Origin: Octopus sinensis
Taxonomy: Eukaryota
Length of the DNA: 64,000 bases
Reading direction: 5' to 3'
Assembly: GCF_006345805.1 (NCBI RefSeq)
Contig: NC_043002.1
Location: forward strand, 5,518,001 to 5,582,000
The notes under the pieces were generated by a model. That model was not told where the DNA came from, did not search any database, and saw nothing but the letters and a program-made list of their open reading frames with translations. Positions 26,722 through 41,199 of the stretch are shown here, one piece after another (within the stretch, counting starts at the first letter, position 1; each line of letters begins with the position of its first letter). Position numbers and translations under genes: made by a program.

Positions 26722-27108
26722 CTGTGGTTCTCAACCGAGGTCCATATAAGATTTTGTTTTCTTATGTTTTCTTAAACATTCTCAAGAACAATACTATGTG
26801 CAAAACCAAATATATGGCACCCTAAGCAAAACACCAACATGAACTTCTAACCTGTTGTCTCTTGAGGTCTCTGGGTGAGACTTGGAGTCAACTTGTACAA
26901 ATACAAAGCAAAAGTTAATTTACTGCAATAAATTAGTCATACGTCTACAACACACAAAATATTTTAATATCTTCGTATGCAGTTCCTAATAATATTTAAT
27001 TATAAAAATACAATGAGGTTTCTCAAAATATTGATTGACTATAGGGATCCGGTAGAGTAAAATAGGAATCAAAGAGACTCACGTATAAACAATGGTTGAG
27101 AACCACTT
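26722..27108. mobile_element. hAT-type MITE
   Basis: TIR core gtggttctcaacc / ggttgagaaccac; degenerate 8-bp TSD acataaat / agataaag (6/8). Confidence 0.75.
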
Positions 27109-27939
27109 AGATAAAGGAAATTCAATTCTGGTGAGATTTAAGCCTAAAAACTGAAGGACAGAAACCAAATATATAAAACTGCATCGCTATCGTTTTCGTT
27201 AGCTTCACTGCCCTACATTCTGTAAATATCGGTCGACTCCTTAGAATAGTGATTTATCTGCAATTCCCAGAAGCTAAACAGAAGAAAATGTAGATAAACT
27301 CAGGATTTCTGCTTGATGTGAGGGTGTAACTCAGCGGTTCTCCTACTCATCCCTAGATTTTTGTGTGACATTTCGATGCAGTTTTACTCAAAAGAGATGA
27401 TCACACAACACCATAAAAGATAAAAGCATTATTGTATTACAGGAAACCGTTTCTTCGATTTCCCTTCCAACACAGTCAAAGAAATGAGCAAAATGCGTCA
27501 ACTAGAGAAACAATCAATCAATGGTCGCTAGAAATAACAGCCAAATTACGCATAAATCATTCTTAGATGCGGCCATCTCGTCTTTTTGAATAATTATAAT
27601 TACATTCTCCAAAGTGTCCTTCCTTTTCTTTTTCAGTACGTAAAGAGATATGTGACGGAGATTTTGCTGCTATTTCTAACAGACCTAGCGACCAGAAAGA
27701 GGCTTTTTCGTTGGATCACGATGATGGTATTGGTGGTTGTTATTTAATCCCAGGTCAGCTGAGTAAAAAGGCATTGCAGTGATCTTTTCATATCTAGAAC
27801 TACATTGTCAAATGTATCTTTTTCTTTTGTCTTCTTTTCAAAATGGTAGGTGAGATTCAAAGGTGTTTAGCTGCCATTTCTAGCAACACATTGGAAAATG
27901 TGAAATCAGTTGACAGTTTATTTAAACACTGATGTATAT

Positions 27940-28336
27940 ATGGATGGAAGCACTCCGTCGGTTACGACGATGAGGGTTCCGGTTGATCCGAATCAACGGA
28001 ACAGCCTGCTCGTGAAACTAACGTGTAAGTGACTGAGCACTCCACAGACATGTGCACCCTTAACGTAGTTCTCGGGGATATTCAGCGTGACACAGAGAGT
28101 GACAAGGCCGGCCCTTTGAAATACAGGTACAACAGAAACAGGAAGTAAGAGTGAGAGAAAGTTGTGGTGAAAGAGTACAGCAGGGATCACCACCATCCCC
28201 TGCCGGAGCCTCGTGGAGCTTTTAGGTGTTTTCGCTCAATAAACACTCACAACGCCCGGTCTGGGAATCGAAACCGCGATCCTATGACCGCGAGTCCGCT
28301 GCCCTAACCACTGGGCCACTGGGCCATTACGCCTCC
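27940..28336 (-). mobile_element. tRNA-derived SINE family B (head gtggaggc...gcccagtggttagggcagcggactcgcgg), tail type 1
   Basis: A-box/B-box-like head (TGGTTAGGGCAGCGG; GGTTTCGATTCCC). TSD acactgatgtatat at 27926-27939 and 28337-28350. Confidence 0.9.
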
Positions 28337-30689
28337 ACACTGATGTATATAATTGTGTGTGCTACTACATCTTTCAGGCTCAACTAACTTCAGAATGGGT
28401 GAGAGAGGTGGGGGGAGAGGGAGGGATGGGGAGAAAGAGAGAGAGGGAAAGAGAGACTAGGAGAAGAGAGCGTGTGTGTGTGTGCGTTTGGGTCTCACGA
28501 GAAAAGATTAGATTCGCGGATGGAAGATCATTTTTAAGGTTTCCTTGTCTCTGAAGATTAATTAATTATAATTGGGCCATCACAATTAGTTCTAACTATT
28601 TATTTTTTTAATTTTTGAAAGTTTATAATTATGTCATCAATTCATTTTGAACAAAATCATATTTGAGGATTATTTTTACCTGAAATCATTTCCGATCAAA
28701 AGCGCTCAAGCTTTGACAATCCCGTGTATAAGACTGGTCTTCGTATATTTTACCCCAGTGTCACTTTGATGGCATGCACTGCTCTCTCACTCAATAATAA
28801 TAATAATAATAATAATTTGAATTTAAAATAAATTTTAAATAATTTTGAAGTTTTACTTTGAAATTATGAAGAAAATATTTAGAAATATCAGTACCCACAG
28901 GTAATGATTATTTGAACAATTTATTCAGAACTTGTAATGTAATTGGTAACACCATAGCAGCTGTTGTATCGTGTAATTGGTAACCGATGAGCCCTGATAT
29001 AATAAATTCCAATATGAAGTATCAGTTCGTGAATGTCGCATTAATGGCACTTTTTAATCAACGCATTAGTTTTATGAAGCGCTTTGGTTAATTACTGCAT
29101 AAGGTGAATTAATCCCATAGTAATTATAGCATCACTGTTATTTGTTTTTCCAATCTTATGTTCATTTACGATAAGAACCAAAGTATTTAATATGACATAG
29201 TAAATTTAATTTAATTTGTCAATAGATTCTGCTGGCTGGTTAAAAAATATTTTTAATATAAATTTTCAGGTAAATATGAAGTAGCAGGTTATAGATTCTA
29301 ATATTATTTTTAAGGAGCCTCAAAAGTAACAAATTACTCAAATGGAAAAAAAATACTAGTGAACAATCCCGGAAAGCAACGTAATCCGCTCATCGTAGCC
29401 CAGTCTGGCAACGGTGTCTATAAAATCCTTCCCAGTGCTTGACCGGTAGTTTTTTCTTTGTTTTTATCAATCCCTGAAGAATACAAAGAAAAGTTGACTT
29501 CAGTGGATTTTGAAATCAAACCCTAATGGTCCCGAACAAATACTAGCTGAAGTGTCTTCTCCGAAGCGCTAACGATTCCGCTAATCCACAATCTTTGATA
29601 AAAGTAATCTCACTGTTTAATCTAATTTCTGTGGATTGACAGATTCATTAATACATTACTAGCAGAATATTTAGGTCATTATGAACCTTTACGTCCTGAG
29701 TTCAAATCCCACTAAGGTCGGCTTTCATAATTCAGGGAAATAAATGCCAACCATGTCTTATGGTCGACTGACATCTTCGTCATCACCGCCACGCAAAAAG
29801 AAAAAAACCTGTGAATGGATACATTGATCACTGAAAGATCAAGCAATTGACTATTTATTCGCACTATTGAGTAAATAAACATGGCAATAATAATAATAAT
29901 AATAATTTAAATTAATCTTTGACGCTATTAAACTTTTAGCAGGGGTTTTTCTGCTTTTCATTTATTTCTTGTTTTCCCATATGGACTAAAATAATATTTG
30001 AGTTCTGAAACATAGCATATGTCTTGCAATAATAATAACATTTAACTTCCTTATTATTCTGAAATTCTAGGCTTGGCGCAGATACTAGTATTTACGTTAG
30101 TCTTTTACGCATCCACACAAGCGAGCACACACAAGTATGGACTACCAGAGTAAGAACTACCAAATTCAACCAGAGACAGACAGACAGAAACAGACAGGCG
30201 GACAGGGACAGACAGGCAGAGAGAAGAGAGACAGAGAGGGAGAGAGGGAGGGGTAGAGAGGAGGAAAGAGAGCGAATGCAACTTATTGGTAACCTTCCAA
30301 GTAGGCTGCAAATCGCCATCATCGCTGAAGACCAAGATAGAAGACTTTGTAGTATTTGTCCCGACGTTCAAAGTTCAAATCTTACTGGGTTAACTTTGCT
30401 TTTGATTTTTGGGGGGGTCTATAAATCTCTCTCTAATCGGCAACGTTGTACCATGCGGAGGATCGTGGGGCGAACTACACATACGGCACCTCCTTTTAAC
30501 AAATATGAGGAAGGGTTGAACGAAGGAACATCAACCTCTTTTGGCCTCTACTAATACGAAACTGGCAATGGTCAGTTGAGTCGAAACGACAAAGGCTACT
30601 AGTGATAGTCGTCGCCTCCTCTATGAACGACAACCTCCCACCCCAACGACTACAATAAAGAAGCTTCCATGGCCATATGCAGCTTGTGA

Positions 30690-30890
30690 CAACATCTCAG
30701 GAAGAAATCAGACTTCAGCTCTCAATGATTCTCCGCCAATTGACATGGGAATGGCCCCACCTAGCTCAGAAGCACTATAGACTCATGGAAGACACTCGAC
30801 TTCCAAAGAACGAAAACAGGATGATTTAAAGTTATTTGGTCAGATGAGACTACAAGGCCCCTCTACCTTTACATTTGAAAAAAAGTAGAC
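30690..30890 (+). mobile_element. Highly decayed RTE-like LINE 3' fragment
   Basis: Translation includes RLMEDTRLPK, resembling RMEDTRLPK of RTE C-termini. Confidence 0.4.
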
Positions 30891-32295
30891 TATATGTACA
30901 GCACTTCATTGTCTCCACCCTACCATCAAACCGCTACAGCTAAATGACCCTTATATAGTTCAATAAAAATGAAGAAAAAACAGTAAAAAATAGAAAACCG
31001 TCACATAGCCATTAAGCTTCGAAAATTCGAAAAAAGAATCCTTTCAAAGTCAATAAAAAAGTACCAGTTCAAGGAGATAATTTAGCAGAACTATAAGAAG
31101 GTTGGAAATGATGCTTTGCAACATTTATTCTGGCTTTAGGCGTTTTGTATTCAAGTCTCACCATGGCGTTCTTGGGTGACAAGCTGAATCCGTTGCCCTG
31201 TCTAATCCCGCCACCTAGTTCTTGAGTGTCTTTAGTGGAATCTGCTTCAAAGATTAGGGCCAATTCTTCCGTTTGAAGACATCATCTTTCGGATGCTCTG
31301 TTAAAGGGTCATAGGTACTACCTACCCACCTGACTAAATGAAATCAATTTATGTTATTCGTCCATTGTTAAATAGTATCTACAAACGTTATGTGTGAAGA
31401 AACCCTGGGGCAGTTTTGGCTTTGTCGAGTAAGTACTGTCGGGCTGTAATGAATTTGAAAAGTCTTCAAGAAAAAGGGTGAAAATTTCGGTAATTCTGTG
31501 GCTAGATATTTTACTAATTGAGTGTGGGTTTAATCCAAAAATTTAAATAAAATTTCTAAATATATTTTCAAAACCAAACTTATTTGAGCGTTTGTAAAAA
31601 ACTTTACATCTCTCACTCGCAATTGCCTCTTAGCTGAAAAATAGACCGTTTTTTTTTCACAGAACCAAACTATAATTAGAAATGTTTCGAAAGAATTTAC
31701 AAAATTTGCTAGAAATGCAGTATAAGCAAACCAAGAGCTGGAATCTTTGCTTAGCAGCGGCGCAAGTACAACGGCGTCAATAAGAACAGCAACAACTACT
31801 ATTACAGGAATAATGGTTTCTGATTTAGGTAATAGGGTAGCAATTTTTTTTTCTTGGGGAAAGGGATTCGTCGATACCATCGACTTTATTGACCCCGAAA
31901 GGATGAAAAAGTAAAGTTGACTACCGTGATATATGGGTTCAGAATGTAGAAAGCCGGGACAATAATAATGTTTCACAAAGCCAGCAGTTCTTTAGTAGAA
32001 GTGTGTTAGTCAATTATATTGACCTCTGGACTACTTGACTGTTTTATCAATCCCTAATCGATGAAAAGTTTTTAACGATTCTGATTGTCCCACCCCTGTT
32101 GAGGTGTACATAGCTACTTGTCTGAAGGTAGCTCTCTTGCTGCTACTCACATCTAGAACCACGATCTTATCTTCTGGGTCTCAGATGATAGTCTGTATCC
32201 TGGATCCGAAACAACGACCACTCCAAGTAAAAAACCAGGTAAAACAAAATAATCAACAGAAAATAGACATCTAAAAAGGAAAACAAGTCACAAGG

Positions 32296-32990
32296 TTTCA
32301 AATTTTGTCTTGTCTTGTCTTGTCTTGAGACAGCATTCACTCGGGGTGGGTTGAGCTGGCTTCATTCATCCTCAATGCTGCATCTCTCACAAACGCCGAC
32401 CAGACCTGGCGATTTGAGGCTAACAACCGCGCGATCTCCAACCATTCCCTATTCCAGCGGCGAACGCTGTAGATATGGGGGCCTAGGTTAGGTTCCAAAT
32501 CAGCCTTGACCGTCATCAGCCAGGTTTTTCGTTGTCCACCACATCGCTTTTGCCAACCCTGAAGGGGAGCTGGAGAAATTGCTTCGTAGATGAATTCTCC
32601 TGGTTGACGACGAAGGGCATGACCCAGCCAACGCAGACGTCTTGTTAGGATGACTTGTCGGAGGGAGGTGATTCTGCACTGGTGTCGCACCGAATTGCTG
32701 GAGACAAAGTGATGCCATCGGACACGAAGGATACGTCGTAGACAGAGGTGATCGAAGTATTCTAGTCGCTTAATATCTTCCACCCTCATTGGCCATGACC
32801 CGCTGTCGTAAAGGAGAATCGTTCGCACTAGTGCTTGGTAGATCCGTACTTTGGTGGTGCATCGGATCTCAGACCTTGACCAGAGTCGTGCATTGAGTTG
32901 GTTGAAGGCTTGGCGAGCGAGGTCGATTCGTGTTTTAATGTCAGCCTCACCTTGACCTGGTATCTACCAGAGTACAGTCTGTTCTAAGAG
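32296..32990 (-). mobile_element. 5'-truncated RTE-clade LINE, RT C-terminus intact, (CAAGA)n tail
   Basis: ORF 32337-32828 has TILLYDSGSW, FDHLCLRRIL, RRLRWLGH and GGQRKTW. Short tandem tail at 32300-32330. Confidence 0.9.
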
Positions 32991-34230
32991 AACATCCACC
33001 TTTAAGTGGGGATATTAATACTTCCTCAATATCAATATTTCCTCTGTTGCTAATATATATTAGACTATAAAGTTAATTAAAATTACATATTTTGATATAA
33101 TTGTGAAGGTTTATTTTAAAAGAAAGCAGTTTTACTAAGTTATAACAAAAATTGATCCCTTTTTAGGGAATAAACGATAAAAATAAATTCAGACGTGATG
33201 CTAAAATAGTTACTTTCTAATAAATCCTTTTTTAGTTCGCAATATATACTAATGAATACTTTCTTATTGAAAATTAGGGTCTTAATATTCGTATGATCTT
33301 ATATCCAGACATGGCTGTGTGGTTAAGGAGCTCACTTCGCAAACACGTGGTTTAGTTTCTGGTTTAGTCCCAATTTATGTGAAGTCTTCTACTGTATCCC
33401 AGAGTTCCTGGTGAAGGAATGGGGTGAACAAAATTGTACAGAAGCGTGTCATTCATATATGTGACTATCAATCTATCTATCTATCTATCTGTCTGTCTGT
33501 CTGTCTGTATGTATGTATGTATGTATGTATGTATTATGTGCGCATGTATATTTCGTTATTCTGTCTGCCAAATTCCACTTAACAAGTATTAGTCGTTTCG
33601 TGGCTACGCAGAATACTCTCGCTTAATGATGTGGTGATCTTGTACATAAACCCTTTGACTACAGATCAAGTAAAATATATCTGACCTGGGGTTAAAATAC
33701 AGCAACAAATAATGAAACCAGCTTGTGTGATTTATTTGAATAGTTATAGAAATTAAATATAGATTAATGAGGCAATTGTCAACGAGAGAAAAAAAAAATC
33801 TACACATAAAATGTCTACAAAATTACAGCTTCTGGTAGGTTTACATTTACCAGTAGATTAATAGTCTAGGCAATTCTGGTAGATTTTAATGTTCCAGATG
33901 ACACCTGTTGAGAGCAATTAGAAAGTCTTGCAAGTGATATCATTTCATGTGTTGCCAATAAATTAATGCCATATGGAAATTAAATGCCAGTTAATGAAAA
34001 AAGTAGGATTGGTGCCAGTGGAGAGAGAGAAAGAGGAAGGATAAGGAAGGGAGAGTTCTTTTAGTATAATGTCGGGAGAATAAGCAAAAATATCGTAGTC
34101 GCAAAGTTGCAGTTATAGTCTAACCCTAGGTTAGGCCTGAACCAGCAAACCTACAATAAAATATCTCCATCCATGCCCATTTCACCTTTTTGCTTTCCAG
34201 CTGATTATATTAAGAGTTCGTTATTATATA

Positions 34231-34447
34231 TATTTCTTTATTGCCCACAAGGGGATAAACATACAGGGGACAAACAGATTAAGTCGATTACATCGACCCC
34301 AGTGCGTGACTGGTACTTTATTTATCGATCCCGAAAGGATGAAAGGCAAAGTCGACCTCGGCAGAATTTGAACTCAGAACATAACGACAGACGAAATAAC
34401 TCTAAGCATTTCGCCCGGCGCGCTAACGTTTCTGCCAGCTCGCCGCC
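34231..34447 (-). mobile_element. SINE family A copy with TSD
   Basis: Flanked by ttcgttattatata on both sides. Confidence 0.9.
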
Positions 34448-34753
34448 TACTTCGTTATTATATAATGTAAAGGGTGTTCCTAATTTAGGTCCCCCAACTT
34501 ACGAAGGTTCTCAAAGAGGGTGCCCGAGGTTTGCAAGCTGAATTCAAAATCTAGACAGATCAAAATCCCGGAGTCTGAGAAAAAATGAATTAAGTCGAGG
34601 GGATCCTTGATGCTGAAAATGTTAGGAACAACTGATCTTACGTGTCCTTCCTTCTTTAAAACATATAGAGTGTGAACCCTTAACTACTATATCTAGCATG
34701 TCATACGATTACCTAGTCCTAGTCATTGGTCCGGCGGTATCTATGAGTTGTAC

Positions 34754-35172
34754 TAAGGCGGCGAGCTGGCAGAAACGTTAGCATGCCGGGCGAAATGCTT
34801 AGCAGTATTTCGTCTGCTGTTACGTTCTGAGTTCAAATTCCGCCGAGGTCAACTTTGCCTTTCATCCTTTCGGGGTCGATTATATAAGTACCAGTTACGC
34901 ACTGGAGTCCATGTAATCGACTTAATCCGTTTGTCTGTCCTTGTTTGTCCCCTCTGTGTTTAGCCCCTTGTGGGTAGTAAAGAAATAGGTATTTTGTCTG
35001 CCGCTACGTTCTGAGTTTAAATTCCGCTGAGGTCGACTTTGCCTTTCATCCTTTCGGGGTCGATTATATAAGTACCAGTTACGCACTGGGGTCGATGTAA
35101 TCGACCTAATCCGTTTGTCTGTCCTTGTTTGTCCCCTCTGTGTTTAGCCCCTTGTGGGTAGTAAAGAAATGG
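34754..35172 (+). mobile_element. SINE family A dimer with a single TSD pair
   Basis: gtatctatgagttgt at 34737-34751 and 35173-35187 flanks both units. Confidence 0.9.
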
Positions 35173-35956
35173 GTATCTATGAGTTGTGTAAGAAATGAAC
35201 CTGTTTTATGTGCCTTAGTTTGTGCCCTTGAGCAAGTAAGTTCATTAGACTCAGTCCATGCTATGGTTTTTGTACTAACAATCCTCCACGTTGGAGGGAC
35301 AGGAAATAGTAATTGTAGCCAAGCCTTTTTGTCTTGTATCGTATTATGTGACCTTACGATGTTCATTGGTTGCATTGTGAGTCAGTAGATTTTTTTGAAA
35401 GTCACGAGGACGAAGCAGATATTAGCTGACACTGTTTTTATTAGGGTGGATGCAAGAGACAGCATAACTAACCGATATCTATGTCGCATGACACCATGCT
35501 CAGTAAAAACAACATAAAGCTTAATAATAACGACGTGGAACTATAAAGAAACTATAAAGAACTGTAAGACGACCAAGACTCACAACACGAGGAGAGCACC
35601 ACATGAACCAGCGAAGTAACTCTGTGTGGTCACTGCACAAGCTTGAAATAGCAGCTAAATCTCTAACAAATAACAGCGTATCATCTTGAAAAACTGAAAG
35701 ACATATTGGATACAGTTTAGTCAAACATAATATGTGTCTAAGGAAATGTCAGAATGGCCGCGTCCGGATTACTTTTGATCTTATGTTTGGTCAGTTAGAA
35801 CTGACCTCGAGCTAGACTACAACATCAACAGCAATATCAACGCTAGGTCGATTTATCTGTTTAGTTCTAAATCGATCTTCACTTATAATCGAGGCGTCTT
35901 AGCCATGAATATCCGGTTTCGTTTTGTTTGAGGATAGTGTATCTAGGATGGGTCTA

Positions 35957-37987
35957 GGTCAATTGGCCGTAAGGCATTTCGCCAAAAGACAATTCACCGT
36001 ACGATATTTCGCCGCAAGGACATTTTATAGTAAAGCATAAGAAGAGGGGGATAAAAAATAAAATAAAAAATAACGGTCATACACTTTATTTAAAAATAAT
36101 GAAGGCCATTCACTTTATTTAAAAAGTTAAGCTAAAAAAATTTAAGTTAAAAATCATGTCATTTCACTACAATTGCACGCAAATAATGTTTTTGATTTTG
36201 ATCGTAACCTCTGACAATGCTTAGTTTGCGCTTATAAACATTTTTGTATTTTTTCTTGGTTGCGGTTTCTCCTCTTGCTGCATCGCTTATCTTCTTTGTA
36301 GAAAGAGATTCTTCATTTCTCAAGACATTGAGAAGTTTATCTAAATTTGGATGAGTATTTGTAATAGATGCTTGCAGCGCATTCTTGAAACCTTCTAATC
36401 CATTGTTGGTGTTAGCCAGCTGATTTAGGGTTCTTTCATACATATTCCAAAGACCGATAGGAAAAGTAGGAAGAACTCTACGTCTACGAGCTCCCCTGTC
36501 TCACTTTCCACCAATATGATGCGTTTCAAAATATGCCACAAGTTCTTGTGGCAAGCCATCGCCATCCACAAGCTCTATTAAAGCATCGATGGTGTCTGGA
36601 GACGGGATGAATGCAAGTGCCATAAGGCACTTTACTTTTGTGTTAAAATCACAATCAGTTTGATATCACACCTTAAGCCCAATATTTGTCACCTTTCTGT
36701 AAACATTTTTACAGAAATGAAAAAAAAAAAAAAAAACAGACTGTTACCTTAGCAGATAGAAAATTGTCAGAAAAACTTTAAAAACTAGCTTGTTCAAAAT
36801 CAATCATTAGATCTTCAGGTCTTAGGGACTCGAACAAATCTTTTACCTTTTGAAAAAAACCTATTGTATGTGTCAAGAGTCTTATTTGGGAGGAGACCGT
36901 AAATTCGTGGGATGCATGTTTGTCCTATGTTGACCTGTAGATTATATAACTGATAATAAATTTCAGGACAAACGTTAAATGTTCCATCGCATGTCCAAGT
37001 CATATATATTTCTTGATCGTGTACCCTGCAGTTGTACCAAAAATCAATATTCTTCCACCCCATTATCATAGAATAAAACGTTTTCTCTATTCTGTAGACA
37101 CACGAATTCTTCGGAAATTACATCGCCGATTCTTAATCAAGGCATAGGAGGGACCTTCTCTTCCTTTTGTCTCCATCTTCTAATGTTTCTTGATGAACTT
37201 GAAGTTGATGGCATAAGAGAGCATCCTTCATCCTCCAATTCCCCACATGCGGCACTAATCAAAGGTCTTGAAGCTAACTGCGATTTAAGTGCATCTTTCA
37301 TATTTGCTATTGCTTCATGCATTTTTGGTTGGTTAGAATTCGATGGATGTGTTTGCTCACTTACAATTTTACAAATAGAAATCATTTCACTGATCAGTTT
37401 TGTATGAACTTTTGCGTTACAGTTTGTATCAACACACTTCCATTAGACCTTGCTCCATATTTTCCTTCTTGCCTATAAATAAAATTAGAGTCGTCTACGA
37501 GCTTATCACAACCTCTGCTGCTTTTTAATAGTGTACGGCATCGTAAGGGTTTAAGTTTCATCTCTTTAAGAAAAATAATATAAAGAATGTAAACGGTCGC
37601 AGTAACCTCTCAAAACAAGATATTCGCTTTTGAATTTTCAAGATAAGCTTGTTATTTTTAAATAAAGGTTAAACGACCTTTCTGCTTTTAAATTCTCATT
37701 CCAGCAATTAACGATGCAGTTTCAAATTTAAACAACCTTTCTGTTTAAAAATTATCATCTCAGCAATTACTGAAAATGACTGCTGTAAATACTGTTCCTG
37801 TATCAACCTTATTTAATTAATTCCTTTATCTTCCTTATTTAATTAACGACGCAAATTCAAGTTTCTAAAGCTTTACGGCAAAATGTCCTGGTAGTGAAAC
37901 ATCCGTTCGGCGAATTTTCTTACGACGAATAGTCCTATGATCAATTGTCCTACAGCAAATTTGTTTACGGCAAATTGTCCGGTCACG
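35957..37987 (-). mobile_element. Mutator-like (MULE) DNA transposon with pseudogenised transposase and both TIRs
   Basis: FLYWCH-like N-terminus (WKCVDTNCNAKVH), TCDGTF..CP..YYQLY, CFFHF and TNNGLEG motifs across frameshifts. Inverted arrays of ggacaatttgccgtaa-like subrepeats at 35957-36035 and 37870-37987. Confidence 0.87.
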
Positions 37988-38000
37988 ATCTATTTCCGGA

Positions 38001-38232
38001 CGGCGAGCTGGCAGAAACGTTAGCACGCCGGGCGAAATGCGTAACCCTATTTCGTCTGCCGTTACGTTCTGAGTTCAAATTCCGCCGAGGTCGACTTTGC
38101 CTTCCATCCTTTCGGGGTCGATAAATTAAGTACCAGTTACGCACTGGGGTGGATGTAATCGACTTAATCCGTTTGTCTCTCCTTGTTTGTCTCCTCTGTG
38201 TTTAGTCCCTTGTGGCTAATAAAGAAATAGAT
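38001..38232 (+). mobile_element. SINE family A copy
   Basis: Similarity to the other copies. Confidence 0.9.
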
Positions 38233-38795
38233 AGTGTGTAATTTGTGGGAAGTTGAAATACATTTCCTATCAGAAAAAACGACTACACCGAATTAGGCTC
38301 CTTCGTTCGTTCACTGCTAAGCTAATGAGTGCAACCAAAGAATATAAAACTCCTAAAACATACGACCTACCTGTTAGACCTAATCCTTCGCTATTTAACA
38401 TCGCTGTTGCTTTTAGCGGAGTTCACTCGGTTACAAGCGTTCAGTTTAGGTTTCTGGTTTGAGAATAACTTACTCCATTTCTGTTACCAGACCTGCAGTC
38501 CTTAAGGAAAAAGAAAGGCTGTTATTTCTTTCCCAACTAAACAGTAATAAAGTAGTGGGATGGAAAGATTTTCATCACGGGTCTGTTCGAGTAGGGTTGG
38601 CCAGAGGCTAAATAAAAAGGAACCCCCAGAAATGTTGATTTCTTTTACGGATGCAAATGGACACATTTGAGGGAGCTCAATATATGAACGAATCGACCAC
38701 AATATATTACAAATACTCTATCGACACCGAGAGAATAACTAGCAGCCAAAAACAGCCTGATGTGGACTCAGAAAGGGATGTAACTTAGCTATATG

Positions 38796-39014
38796 CCTAT
38801 TTCTTTACTACCCACAAGGGGCTAAACACAGAGAGGACAAACAAGGACAGACAAACGGATTAAGTCGATTGTATCGACCCCAGTGCGTAACTGGTACTTA
38901 TTTAATCGACCCCGAAAGAAAGAAAGGCGAAGTCGACCTCAGAACGTAGCGGCAGACGAAACACCGCTAAGCATTTCGCCCGGCGTGCTAACGATTCTGC
39001 CAGCTCAACGCCTT
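38796..39014 (-). mobile_element. SINE family A copy with TSD and a small internal deletion
   Basis: Flanked by tgtaacttagctatat on both sides. Confidence 0.9.
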
Positions 39015-39659
39015 GTAACTTAGCTATATACCGCCTGGCATAAAATGTGAATAGAATTTATAATTCTGAGCTTAAATCAAAGTACAAAAAGAAATCATAC
39101 TGTTAACGCTGAAAAGAAAATATCAACGTCCCGCAGTGTTTATTGAATTACAAAATATGAAACTGGCTTAGAAAACATATTTATTGAGTTTAAAAGATAA
39201 CTCTGGGGGATTTATATGGGCTGAATACAATTACGAACATCATTTAACCATTCAAGATTTTGTCTTTCTTTTCTTATACCACTTGATCTAAAAACAGAAT
39301 TATTTTTGCAGCACCCGACAGATATATCTGCTTCGATAAGCAGATCGACTTCTATGGCTAACATTCAGATTAAAGAATGTTCGAGTAGAAAACGAAGAAA
39401 GAACTGAAAACAACCCACTGCAATATTTATAGATGACACAATGTATCAATCGGCTATCTGCGGTGGGGGTAACGGAAACTTCCGGAGTATGTTTCTATTA
39501 TTTCTATGTGTAAATCAAATTCAAAACAAATTAATCAACAGTCCCTTAAAATTCTATTCACATTTCAATCCACAGTTTAATATTTCAATAATCACAACAC
39601 CAAGCTGAATTTTTCTTTGGAATTTTACCGGCTTAACGTTATGTTGATTTGCATAAAAT

Positions 39660-39800
39660 GGATAGAAGTATATTTCAGAAGTTTTCTTCTGTAGTGAAGT
39701 CGACGGTGATGCCTTTAGACTTACGACCATTTACACTCCGACAAAATCTGGGTGGTCTGATTTCTTTAGATACTTAGGGATATTCCTGAGAAATATCTTT
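39660..39800 (+). mobile_element. Possible L1/Tx1 RT remnant
   Basis: FQKFSS..KSTVMPL, then in another frame W..FFRYLGIFL. Short and frameshifted. Confidence 0.4.
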
Positions 39801-40256
39801 CTCCTTAATGTTAGTGAATTATTCGAATGGAATCTCAGATGCATTCAATGAGAAGGCAATGACAGAGCTGAGTGCAAAAGCCTCGGATAATGCGCAATGT
39901 TTCCAACTGTCTGATAGGCGTTGCATCGATTTCCGTAATGCGCCCCTGTAAACTTGAGTGTGTTGTACTTAGAGTCTTCGTCAGATTGCACGATAGGTTT
40001 AGCGTAAGTTTTTCATATTTTGAGGAAAACTTCCGCTAATACTCCTAAAAGGTTTACAATTGCAATGAGAATATGAGATAGGTCACATTTTGAAAGGGAA
40101 AAACCAGACTGACTGAATGGATATAAGCTTAGGAAACATATGCTAAACTTTTCTGCGCCAAAGTTTCAAATGATTTATCAGGGCTTTATCTATCTCAAGG
40201 CTCTTCTTGTTGTGCACAATGCTGCATCAGAGCCTTCTGACTTAATGGAACTAATA

Positions 40257-40490
40257 CCTGTTTCTTAACTACCCACAAGGGGCTAAACACGGAGAGGACA
40301 AACAAGGACAGCAAACGGATTAAGTCGATTACATCGACCCCAGTGTGTAACTGGTACTTATTTAATCGACCCCGAAAGGATGAAAGGCAGAGTCGACCTC
40401 GGCGGAATTTGAACTCAGAACGTAACGGCAGACGAAATACGGCTACGCATTTCGCCCGGCGTGCTAACGTTTCTGCCAGCTCGCCGCCTT
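40257..40490 (-). mobile_element. SINE family A copy with TSD
   Basis: Flanked by atggaactaatac on both sides. Confidence 0.9.
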
Positions 40491-41199
40491 GTTATGGAAC
40501 TAATACCGCAGGAGACTGACAAAGCCATCAGCCCGCTTCCCCAGAACTACAAATCTGCTATTTTGCAAGAGAGAGCAACTTTAAGAATAAACTGTATTTA
40601 GAACCGACTCCGAAACGATTTCGTTCGCTGATTTTATCTTTTATTTTTATCTTTTATTTGTTTAACTCATTGGGTTGCAGCCATGCAGGGGTATTGGCTT
40701 GATGTATTTCGTCGAAGAAATTGACCCTAATATTTTTTTTAAACATGCTACTTATTCTTTCGGTTATTTTTGCCTAACGGCTGTGTTACGAGGACGTAAA
40801 CAAACCAACACTTGACGTCATGTAGTGGCAGAAGACAAGCACAAACACAAAGACTCCCACAATCATATACATATAGATACACACACACACGGTCGGACAC
40901 GCGCCGCGCACATATCGACGGGGTTCTTTCAGTTTACGTCTGTCAAATCTGTTCGCAATAATCATGAGAAGAGCTCTCTTCTAAGTGTTTGAACTCTTTT
41001 TAGGGAGTGTTGTGGTTTGTTGTCGAGTGACTGGACTTTGAAGTGTTTGAGACAAAGCCTGTAGTTGACGAAATTGTATATTTAGACAATTCTATGGGTT
41101 TGGAGGTAAGCGATGAAACCATAAGTAACCGGTTGAGAAGCAGGGAAAGAAAACTGTGAATGGACGACCTGAATCCCCGCAACAGGGACTGAATTCCAA

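Noticed and set aside
31069-31263. ORF with GGIRQGNGFSLSP, resembling an RT QG..LSP motif
   Set aside because: A single short motif without flanking RT motifs is insufficient.
38467-38500. 27-nt micro-exon candidate (ccttaag|GAC...GGA|gtaagt)
   Set aside because: Phase 0/0 does not join exon A and the peptide is uninformative; such matches are expected by chance in 60 kb.
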